DNA of 64,000 nucleotides, taken from assembly GCA_003693705.1 (NCBI GenBank), contig RBZT01000564.1, positions 1 to 64,000 on the forward strand, read 5' to 3'. Both the position numbers and the translations under genes were made by a program. Numbering within the stretch: the first letter of the stretch is position 1; each line of letters begins with the position of its first letter. Positions 51,316 through 61,749 of the stretch are shown piece by piece. The DNA comes from Polymyxa betae A26-41 (Eukaryota > Protista > Endomyxa: Phytomyxea). The notes under the pieces are model-generated. The model ran no database searches and was not told the DNA's origin. It saw nothing but the letters and a program-made list of their open reading frames with translations.

Positions 51316-51610
51316 GCTGGAGACGAGGTGACCGTCGTCACTCTACAAGTTTCGTTACAGGGCCTGGACTGGAAGCGATTATACCAGCCGCACTAGACCG
51401 CGTGAAACACGGTTTGCTCAGTCGCAATTTCCAAACCGACTGAGCCGAACCAGGTTTCGTCGCCTGCTCCAGTTTAGCCCGATATTCGGACGACTGATCA
51501 TGAGTGTTCCAGAAACCCTATCCAGTGTTCCAGCAACACTATCTCCAGTGGACGCGGCGTCAAAGTCAAAATTGATTGCTTTTTATTTAAGATGGAGTGT
51601 TTTTTCAGAA

Positions 51611-54600
51611 TCATTGTGTGAGAGAGTTGTCGTCGACAAAGGCCTGGTTGTCGTCTGCGACAGTCTCGTCGTTGACGGCTTCAACCGCGATGTCGGTGGA
51701 GGCGTCGGCAGCCATGTCGTTGGGGACGTCAGCAGCCATGTCGTCGGCGGCGTCAGCAGCCATATCACTGGCGGCTTCGGCAGCCGTGTCGTTGGGGACG
51801 TCAGCAGCCATATCACTGGCGGCTTCGGCAGCCATGTCGTTGGGGGCGTCAGCAGCCATATCACTGGCTGCTTCAGCAGCCATGTCGTTGGCAGCCTCGG
51901 CAGCGCTGTCATTGAAGGCTTCGGCAAGAATGTCGTTGGCGGCGTCGGCTTCGATCCGCGATTGGCCCTGATACTCGGGAACTGGCAGCTGCTCGGCCAG
52001 GCTGGGAATGGGAGCTTCACCAAGGTGTTCGGTCGAGAGTTGTTCAGTCTTGCTGGGCACAGGCGCTTCTCCAATATGCTCCAAGATCGGCTGGGTGTCA
52101 TCGTCGGCGTACAACGAATGATGATAGGCGGTTATTGAAGGTAGATAGCCAGCAATGGCGTCGAACCACGATGACTGCTCAGGAGCGGTTTGTATGAGGA
52201 CAGTCTGCTTGGAATCCGAGCTGGTTGGCGAAACTTGAGGCCGATGTCCTGCTGCTTTTAGAGAAGCATTTACTGGAGCTCCAGCCTCCATGATTGAAGG
52301 TCGTTCAGGTTCATATCGTGCCATCTCGTGCTTCTCTTCAAAGCTGGATCCCGCGTTGTTCACCTTTCTTTCGTTAAGCTCGCGGTTTGTCTTGTCGTCC
52401 TTAAAAGCTGCTTTCGATTTCTTTTTGTGAGAATTGCGCTTGCCTTCGTTAGACTTAGCGTTCACCTTGCCTTCTTTCATCTTGCTTTCTTTTGAGTCCG
52501 TGTGCGCCTTCTCTTCGGGAAGAACAATGTTCTGAAGGGGCTTTTCGCTTGAGTTCCCTGTCTCATAAGCTTCTGAGGACATGATTTTCACATCAGGCTT
52601 TTCGAAATGCTGCATGATCAGCATAGAGTTCTTCATGGTCAGCATTGCGTCATCACCAGGATTTACACTGTCAGTGACGTTCTGACCCTGAAGCTGGTTG
52701 AGTTCCGTCCAAGGCTGAGCGTCCTCTGTGATTTTAGAGGGGACTTTATCCTCTGAACTGGTGTAGTTTTCTGGAGAGTTTTCTGGAGACAGCAATGAGG
52801 GTATCGGAGCGCCAAACAATATCTCATCGTCTTCTGGATGGTTAAGAAGCGTCTTTTTGCCGTCTTCTGTCTTTGGTGACTTGACTTCTTCAGAAGGTAT
52901 TCTGCTCGACGCCTTTTTTTCAGAAGATTCTGCAGTATAGTCTTGGCTTGACTTCGATATATTTCCAGGTTTGTCCAGAGAGCTGTTGAAGGTTTTGTCA
53001 AGCTGGTCATCTGTGGCGTTCGACGCATTCCAGAGCATTGCGATGTTCTTGAAGTCAGGCTTCTTAATAGATATCTTATCGTTGACCATGTTCTTGGTTG
53101 GCTTTGAATTTTGCTCTAGGGAACTTTTGCCGGTCGAAGCAGTCCTGTTATTGGTCCCAGAGAGCGGTACCGATTGATTTAACGGCAAGGAAGTGTTCGC
53201 AACTGCTTGGCGAGGAGTCTCGCTCAATACAGTGCTATTAGTTGCTTGCAGTTGAGTTGCGTTATTAGGAATCGGCCGTGGAGTTTCCAGAGGAGCTGAA
53301 GTTGCTAAGTTATTGTTAGCTATTGGCAACTGGGAAATATTTGCAGTCGCAGGACGAGCGATCGTCGAAGAATCTAAGGCCGATGCGTTACTCATGGGCG
53401 TCAGAGTTTGGGACGCATTAGCAACAACTGGACGTGAAGCTGCAGATTGCGCTGTGGCCGATACGTTGCCTGCAGATGAAATTGTCGCCGATATGTTGCC
53501 TGCAGATGGAGCTGTGGCCGATATGTTGCCTGCAGATGGAGCTGTCGCCGTTTTGTTGCCTGCAGATGGAGCTGTCGCCGTTTTGTTGCCTGCAGATGGA
53601 GCTGTGGCCGTTATGTTACCTGAAGATGGAGCTGTCCCCGAAACGTTGCTGCTAATTGCTTGCAATTGAGGAGCATAACTAGGTGTTGGCCGAGGGATCT
53701 CCACCGGGACCATAGTTGATACGGTATTGCTCAACGTTGGTGCTTGAGTGGCATTTACAGCGATTGGGCGAGAAGATGGAGCCACAGATGATACGTTATT
53801 GTTCGATATTGGCATCCATTGAGGAGTTGCCGAGTTAACGGCATTGCTGAAATTCACCCGAGGAACTGCCACTGATGCTGAACCATTCGTCGCGTTAGCA
53901 GTCTTGTTGGCGTTCACGGGAGAAGAGGCAATTGACGAACTAGCATTGCTGTGAGGTAGCATGGTGATATCTAAAGAAATGGTTAGTATCAATATCGTTA
54001 TTGCAATCTGATGAGCCTTACTGCTGTTGTCATTCTTGCCACCTGAAAGGATTTTTTTGGCCAATTCTCTGTCTTCAGGATTATTGCTACTCTCCATTCT
54101 TTTCAGTAGCTCATCGCGGTCGTGAGGTCCAAGTTGGTTTATCGCTTGTAAACGCTGACCGTTTTTGTCGCCACCTTGCTCGTTATGCTTCATGATTACA
54201 GCCGCCAGATTTCGGTCTGCGCTGTTGTTGCTCTTTTGCATGGCCGCAAGGATTTGAGGTTGTTTATCTTCCGGTATTGATTTGATCAGGTTTAGCTTTT
54301 CGTTCATATGGCGAACGAGCGCACGATCTGATCCAGAAATCATATTGCAGACATACCTGTCCAATGCTGATTCGCTTGTGGACATTGCTATTAGAGTCTG
54401 GGCTCTTTGCTTTGGTGTCATCGAGTTCAGTAACTCCAGTGTTTTCTTCATATGCTCGTTGACCTGAGATTGCTCTGAATCCGATAGCTTTATAGGAGCT
54501 GGTGTTGGCGTCGTTGTCGAATTTGTCCTGTTCTGAAAGGCAGGTTTCGGATTGACGACAACATTAAGTTCTGTGACACCGGCTTCACATATGGCGATAA

Positions 54601-54643
54601 TTAATATCAGCAGTGACAATGTTATCTTGCCAATGCCGGTCAT
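51611..54643 (-). CDS. Large secreted low-complexity repeat protein (~1000 aa; mucin-like or effector candidate)
   Basis: Signal-like MTGIGKITLSLLILIIAICEA, three helical repeats, an S/T/N/P-rich region, a Lys-rich block and acidic Ala/Asp repeats. Probable in-frame intron at 53971-54021. Confidence 0.8.
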   Translation of the reverse strand: MTGIGKITLSLLILIIAICEAGVTELNVVVNPKPAFQNRTNSTTTPTPAPIKLSDSEQSQVNEHMKKTLELLNSMTPKQRAQTLIAMSTSESALDRYVCNMISGSDRALVRHMNEKLNLIKSIPEDKQPQILAAMQKSNNSADRNLAAVIMKHNEQGGDKNGQRLQAINQLGPHDRDELLKRMESSNNPEDRELAKKILSGGKNDNSSKAHQIAITILILTISLDITMLPHSNASSSIASSPVNANKTANATNGSASVAVPRVNFSNAVNSATPQWMPISNNNVSSVAPSSRPIAVNATQAPTLSNTVSTMVPVEIPRPTPSYAPQLQAISSNVSGTAPSSGNITATAPSAGNKTATAPSAGNKTATAPSAGNISATAPSAGNISATISSAGNVSATAQSAASRPVVANASQTLTPMSNASALDSSTIARPATANISQLPIANNNLATSAPLETPRPIPNNATQLQATNSTVLSETPRQAVANTSLPLNQSVPLSGTNNRTASTGKSSLEQNSKPTKNMVNDKISIKKPDFKNIAMLWNASNATDDQLDKTFNSSLDKPGNISKSSQDYTAESSEKKASSRIPSEEVKSPKTEDGKKTLLNHPEDDEILFGAPIPSLLSPENSPENYTSSEDKVPSKITEDAQPWTELNQLQGQNVTDSVNPGDDAMLTMKNSMLIMQHFEKPDVKIMSSEAYETGNSSEKPLQNIVLPEEKAHTDSKESKMKEGKVNAKSNEGKRNSHKKKSKAAFKDDKTNRELNERKVNNAGSSFEEKHEMARYEPERPSIMEAGAPVNASLKAAGHRPQVSPTSSDSKQTVLIQTAPEQSSWFDAIAGYLPSITAYHHSLYADDDTQPILEHIGEAPVPSKTEQLSTEHLGEAPIPSLAEQLPVPEYQGQSRIEADAANDILAEAFNDSAAEAANDMAAEAASDMAADAPNDMAAEAASDMAADVPNDTAAEAASDMAADAADDMAADVPNDMAADASTDIAVEAVNDETVADDNQAFVDDNSLTQ
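51690..51950 (-). repeat. Coding tandem repeat, 24-bp unit (DMAAEAAS / DMAADAPN-type), about 10 copies
   Basis: Recurrent gcagccat(g/a)tc(g/a)..; alternating units form a 48-bp higher-order repeat. Confidence 0.9.
53441..53650 (-). repeat. Coding tandem repeat, 30-bp unit (TAPSAGNxS/TA), about 7 copies
   Basis: tgcagatggagctgt(g/c)gccg(a/t)t(a/t)tgttgcc recurs with a 30-bp period. Confidence 0.92.
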
Positions 54644-54861
54644 GGTTCGATCGTTTATACCGAGGAACGAAATTAATGTTAATATTACTTCGCGGTGGTT
54701 CGGGATCAAACTTGAAATAATGTAATAGCTTACCTGATGATGAGTTGGCGTTGATTCACATATAGACATTGACTCATCAAACAACGACCAGCTTAAATAT
54801 TTTTTAGAAAAAATATATCTGTTGATCTACAGTTTTTTACCAGTTTTATTATTACTTCTCT

Positions 54862-57800
54862 TCAGATGTCTTCGAATGCAGCACTCCTGATAGTTCCTCC
54901 AACTGCAGTTGATGCACAGACTGGGAACCATATTATGATTGTGCATATGAATACATATATGTAGAGCCATGTGGCAACGCCACTGGCGTACAATGCCGCA
55001 AATGCACCCAACGTTATTGATATAATCACCATGTATTCTTTGAAATACTTCCCCTGAAATTTGTCTTTGAGATAGCAAAGGACGGGAGTAGATATGAAAG
55101 CGATTGGCAAAACGACATTCAGAAGATCTGTATCGGAAAAGTCCACGAATGGTAGACCCAGCAGTTGATGAAATGCAAGCAAAAATAACGAATTCATAGC
55201 TCCAACAACAATACAGGTAGGGAGCGCCACCGAGTGATGTAGTTGGAAGTAACAATCAACCATGAAAAACAATAAAGCACCGGCGCTACAGCCATTCAGA
55301 TAAGAGAAGATCCCGGACACCGCTCCAAACAAGACAACATCTATGTTGTCCATTGCAGTAATACTTTGAACCTGTTAAAGGTTTTCGCGGACAGATAGCG
55401 CTGAGCTACACCCATCGTCAAAGAGAATGTGATAAATATGCCGATGGTTGCAAGAATAATAAGATCATGGTCGAAAACACCATCGACGAGGAAATAGGAG
55501 AACACGTCGCCCATGATAGCTCCAACTGTTCCCAGTATGGCCAAACTCCAGTCTATAGGCTGCCCCATGATGCCGTTAATAACTGCAGCCATACATAAGG
55601 CCGATATCTGCGACCAACTGTGAATTAGAAAGCGACGCCCCAACGAGATTGAAATTATCATGACCGAACCTGACCGAAGTTTGAAGCGTATCGAACACGA
55701 AGCTCTTCAGCCTGCGATTCGAGATTAAGAGTGGTCAAGGTCATCCCGAAACCGAAAGGCGTCCAAGACGAGACAACGGCGTCGCAGGCAGCAGTGACAG
55801 CGATAATGGGGTTCTTCAGGATTGAGTTCCATATCTAGAGAGGCAGCATTACTAACAGCAGATTTCGATTTCGAACTGCTCACCGAGGTAGGATCGATAA
55901 AGAATGTGATGCAAATGGCGGAGAGCGCAAGCAACAGAGCAGTCAATATGAGCGGCGAGCGACGCATCAGTCGCAGAACGGACGATGATGCTTTCGCGAT
56001 CCACAGGGACGTCGTTTGGGAGTCTTTTTTCGATTGGAACTATGCAGATCCTTGAAGATGGTTTGACGGACATCTATAGGAACGAATTTCAGCAGATCTT
56101 GCGTCTGTGGGAATTCGCGGGCGATATCTCTCAAGCCGCTCTTGACAACGCCGAAGTACCCTACGATCAGCATTCAGAAGAGGCGTTGAATCTGAGCAAA
56201 ATCAGACCGTAGATGTTAACAATGATGACCATAGCAATCAGAGTATAACCCAATGATAACTAGTTACAGATTAGCGCGAAGACGCTGACAGAAATGATCG
56301 AAACGAACCCGATCAGCAGCTAGTTGAGCTCGATCAAGGGTCAGCAGCTGGGAGAAATAACGGGCGACGTTGCCAGTAAAAGCGTTATCAATCTTAAACG
56401 CCAGATTGAAATCGTCGGATTGCAGCTGTTGCTGTAGGAAAGCGTCGCGTGTTGCAAAACCGGGAACGAAATTCGGACCCGATCGGATTTCTATAAGAAA
56501 CTTAAACACCATCGGAAGAGCAGCAAAATGAAACACCAACTTTGAATTCCGGTGTCGAAATCGTTAATCAATTGGGGTATAAGTCGAACCAATTCTGCAA
56601 TTAACGCTTGGCGACCATTTCGGGCCAGTCCATTCGAGAACGTGCGGCAATCCGGGGCAGCTGCGGCGATGTCCGGAATGAGACAGACGTCGCCGAACTC
56701 CCACTCGAAGTGCCCATTGCCCGAGTTTAAACAGCCTGGATAGTAGTCGTCACCGAGAACGCCGCCAAAGATCAGCGATCTTCGATGTTCTTCCGACAGT
56801 GCCACGTCGGTGATGACAGCAGCATGCTTCGAGGCCGTTGTGTTGGTGGCATTGCGCGAAAGCAGCATATCCGCCGATACGAGCAGCAGCTCTCGTGTAT
56901 TGAACAGCGCTCGTCGTAAAAGCGATCCCGAACGCCATCCGTATTGGAAGCGAGCCGGTAAGGGCGCCCTTGCGTCCGCCTACAAACACGTTTAGAGACA
57001 GATGAGCACTAACCCTAAAACCCTAACCTGACTGAGAATTCCAACATGTCTGTAAGTGAAAAAGATGACATAGAGAATGATGAGCTGGCCGAATTTGACC
57101 AGATAGCGCAACAGGCGCCGAGTTTTAAACTTGGATGTTTTGCGGATCTGGCTTTCGATGCGTTTCAGACCTTTCTGCTTGGCCGAATCGGTGTTCTTCT
57201 CTTTGGCGACCGTGTTGAAAATGTTGAACGAGGCTTCGGTTCGAGCATCACCTTCAATCGATGACGATTCGGTTTCAGTCTTTTGCAGGATCGAGATGCG
57301 GTCGTTGTATGGTGTGATGATGTTGTTGACCGATGCATTCGGAACATGGAATACTGTAATCATGGCAAGATCGTTACGCAGCTGGACGCCGATAATCGTC
57401 GCCCGAACCGCATACATGAACAGGAATATAGCGGCGGCGATTTGCAGAACGAGATCAGCTAGGTCTGAGAGCAGGATGAGTCGGTTCTGCTCTTTGGCGG
57501 CGTCCGTCCCGAATCCGGCCAGCTTGTTGCTGACTTCGGTCAGACTTTGAACGTTGTCGATGATATAACGCAGCGCGTTTGCATCAATTTGATCGAGTTG
57601 GTCAACCGGGACCGAGCTGATCTCCTTCGCAAGCTGATGATACATCTCGATTGCATTCAGGGTCGTCATATCGAATGTGCAGCTTGTATTGATGGATTCC
57701 GTACAGAAGATGACTGTGTACGTATCGGCGAGTGTCGTCATGATGATCGAATCCCAGCCAAGTCTGCCTGCAAGCAGACTATCTCGGCAAGCACCGGCAA

Positions 57801-60800
57801 TGGAAGCAAATTTTTGGACCGTGGCGAAATGCTTCTTGACCAAGGAATGGTCGGGATCCGAGATTAAGCCTCTGGAGATAAGATCGACGGCACGAATCGA
57901 ATCCGCTAGGCGTAGAACATCGATTCCAAACTCGCCCGAATAGTTCGCTGTCCCGATATCGGCCATGAAACTCGTCACGATGCGGTCGGCGACGAAGACC
58001 TGTCCCAGCGACAGGATCGCCAACATGAGAAAGACGGAGATGAATGCCCGATGCAGCCACTTCATCAGGACGAGCTCGAGCCGTTTTTGAACGGCGTCGT
58101 TGTTCGTATCGTTGCCGCCGGCCGCGCTTGACGTCGCGTTCGACGTGCGAGTCGGATGCTTTGGAATTCTCCGATAACGATATCGGGATGTCCTCTAAGA
58201 TAACTCCAGGTTTGCGGGAAGACGATCTCGCATCGTCCATGGTTTGCTTCCCCAAAATATCAATCCGGACGGTCACAGCAATTTCGTCGTCCAGTAAAGT
58301 CCAGGTCTGAAATCTACACAAGATGTGTCAAAGCAGTTCTGAATTTACAAAAGGACGGGTATAACCTTAATGCCATCTGGAATTTGACTCCGTCTTTTAC
58401 CAATGACATGAGACGGATATAGTCCGGATTGGAGGCGATTGCTTTCCGATACGCTGCATGCTGCGCTTCGATATCAGGAATTATGTCCTGGATGTGAATG
58501 TTGTGCAAATCGACGCGATCCTTCTCAATGCCGAACTGCAATGACACCGTTTGCGAGATAGCTGTGACGACGCCAGCTCGATCAAAAATGATAATAAGCG
58601 AATCGGGATTGGTGGATTCAATGACGCCAATGAAGCAGAGTGTGCTGAGATCTTTCACGAACGCCTTCACAAAAATATTGACGTCTTGAATGTAACCGTT
58701 CTGGTGCAGAATGACGAGGTTGCTCTTGCCGTCAATTAACCTCTGGACGCCCTGCTGTAGGTTGCGCAAAAGCATTCCATCGTGGTTCGATGCGAACGGC
58801 TCTGGCATGATAATCCTGACCAGATTTCAAATCCAGTACGTCCGGGAGCGCTTGGCGCCTACCTGCAGTTCTTGCCGACTAGTACCGACGTTGAGAATCC
58901 CAATAGCTGAGCTGCCCGTGAATTGCAATCAATGATAACGCCAAAATTTCGCATATTCCCACTAATTAGGACAACCGCAGCTATCGGTGGAATTTAGTGA
59001 CTTCAAGAGGAATTTAGCAAGCTTGTTACCTCGATCATCGAAAAGTAGGTCCTTGAAAACGGAAGTCTGTTTCATTTTCGCCTTTGCTTGTTGCATTTCT
59101 TTCGCTCTCTCCAGCAGACGGTCGCCAGATCGGAAGTCTCTCAGAATCGTCAATACAAACCCACTAAATCGGAGCACATGAGCGAACCCAAAACTCAAAA
59201 AAAGATTACAGTAACTGTAAGATTGCAGAGCAGTCACCGAATCATCAGAAATACTGATAGCCTTGGCGTAATTGGAATAGGCGGTTTTGGATTCGTTGCT
59301 GATTTGGACAGCTAGCTCCCTCATTCTGTCATCATCGGGTTTCGATTTCAGAGCTTCAGTCCAGAAATCGATCGTGGCTTGAACAATCCTCAGATCCAAG
59401 TTTTGTGCTCGCTCCAGGAGATCGCGCTGAGTATTATACTGTATAATCTCACTGTTCGATTCCGATTCGAAGATTCGGTCTTCAATAGTCCTTTGAATAC
59501 GATATAAAAGAAATCGCTCGTCAGCTTTCGGATTTAGGACAGAGACCTGATCCAAGTACATATAGGCAAGGAAATAGATGCGAGCGATGTCAATTTGGAA
59601 AGTTGCCGCAGCCAGCAATAAATGGATCGAATCTGGGAATCGAGTCAGCGACGTGACAATGATAGACTTGCATTCGTGAAAGTCCATCATTTCAGCATGA
59701 TGGTCTCCTTTCTGTGGCTTATCACCAGCATTCAGTTCAATGACAACGTCTTCTTTGTCATCGAGATCCTCGCAATCAACTTTTGCTCGAACTTGTTGCT
59801 TAAGCAATGCAGTTTTCATTGCGGTCTGATCTACGTCTTGCAGAGCAATTCGAAACCGAATTTGGACCTCCCAAGGGTTGTTTAGTTCCGTAATTGGTAC
59901 AGCTCGAAGGTGCTCGAAACGACCTTGAATGATGAGATACGATGATAGAACCACGACTGGAATTCCACCAAGAAACATGAATACGGCTCCTCCGCTAGAA
60001 TCGTTGTTGTAAACGGATGCTACAATGGCGCTCAGACTCGCCCAGGAGAATATCCAAGATAGCGCCGCTTGATAGTGCATCATGCGGTAATCATAATAAG
60101 GCAGGTACATCGTGATCAGATAAGACACCGATACCGACAATGCAAACGCCGAAATGCTCAACAGTAAGGCGTTCGTCGTACAAACCGAGATTATTACAAG
60201 CAGTATCTGAATTTCAATCAGAAAGGCCAAACAAAACCCTCTCAAAAATCATACTTTGCAAAACGCATAAAACACATCAATCCGGGACTGAGCCCGCGCG
60301 GAAACCGACTTCGATAACGGATTCATATCGAATACGGCACTGATATAGCAAATGCTGACGAACACAGTTGGCAACAATGCCAGAAACCCAAGAAACTGAT
60401 TCAAAGCATTACTGCTCAGGATCTGCTGGAACAAAACGCGAATGATAGGCACGAAGCCAACCGAGACCATCAGGTTTGCTAGGACGGAATAGAGCTCCAT
60501 TATCACAGGAATCTGATTGTTTTGTTTTATCAACCATGCTATAGCGACACCTCCGCCTGCAATTACACAGAGGTTATTTAGGCCGTCAACGTGAGAAATT
60601 CCAATGCTAGATGGGAAGGAATGATCAATTAAGAATTTGACATACCTAGGAGAAGACCTATCAGTGATAATGCGATCTGAAAAGCGGATTGCAGAAGTCC
60701 TACTGAGTCCAGTACAGATTCTGAGAATAACGAACAGAACGAAATTACTGGCTGAGCATGAACTTGGCTCCAAGGAATCAATGCAGATGATCCGTTTAAA

Positions 60801-60991
60801 GCAAATAAAATGCCGATAATTTGTATGGTTTGAATCACAGAGCTCAGCTGCGATAAATAGCGCGTCGAACTTTGAATCGAATTCAGCGAGAAAAGGATCT
60901 TGAACAGCCCTTCAGTGATCTCATGATACGACTGCTGTATATAAGTGGCTATCGACTCATTATTTGTATCATTGATTAGGCCATCCGACAT
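54862..60991 (-). CDS. TmcB/TmcC-like multi-TM PAS-domain protein with C-terminal TauE/SafE-like transporter domain, copy 1 (two apparent 1-nt deletions)
   Basis: N-terminal TM block (FDMNPLSKSVSARAQSRID, YLPYY), helical region, PAS domain (GVIIDCNSRAAQLLGFS..IIMPEPFASNHDGML), two TM-loop-TM modules, then a multi-TM tail IDWSLAILGTVGAIMG..GAVSGIFSYLNGCSAG..VALPTCIVVGAMNS. Confidence 0.78.
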
Positions 60992-61749
60992 GGTCAGATC
61001 CGGGTCGGCGTTTCCAGCTATTGTGACCTAATGCAAATGAGTAAATGACGATGCAGATAGGCAGATGATGACCGTTTCTAACGTTGAGCTGGCTCTGCAT
61101 CTATGACCGGTTCGACTGTCGGGTGGTAGTCACATTTGCAAAACCAGTCTGAAGATCACCCGACGACGCCTGGTGGCGACTGGCAATGAAGGCAGGAGCA
61201 ATTCGCCGGGCAAGAACTGGAATGCTTGGCAAATATCCATTCAGCATGAGCTACCTACACCAAGTGGTACGAGCCAGAAAGGGGGTCCAGACGCCGACGA
61301 CGACTTTGCTTCAAGCCTTTTGTGAGGAAATGAAGGCCACATCGGATCATTGAAATGGGAGATAGACATCTCCCTTTTAAGAAAGACCCACTTGCGTATT
61401 ATGTTTCAGCAGGTATCAAATGCACGATCGTTAGGAGAACAAATTCCAGGAAATTGACACTTGAAGATAGTCATGAGAGATGGTAACAGAAAGAAATCGG
61501 CCCCAAGACGAGTAACACTCGAAGGCTAGTCTTTCTACAACTACATATCCTATATTGTTAGTCTTTCACCAGTTAGGTGATAAGAGACAGCATCGAATGC
61601 AAGTTCATACGTACCACATTGACGGTCCTGTCCTGTTTCTGTATTCATTACATTTAAATTATACAGGCATGCTTTGCCTTGACGATCACGGTTTTCTCTT
61701 GAGTAATCATTTTTACAACAGTCCTTCATTTGACAGTCAACTACATTTT

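Noticed and set aside
51500-52138. Gly/Val/Ser/His-repeat ORF on the + strand
   Set aside because: It is the antisense reading of the 24-bp coding repeat of the minus-strand secreted protein.
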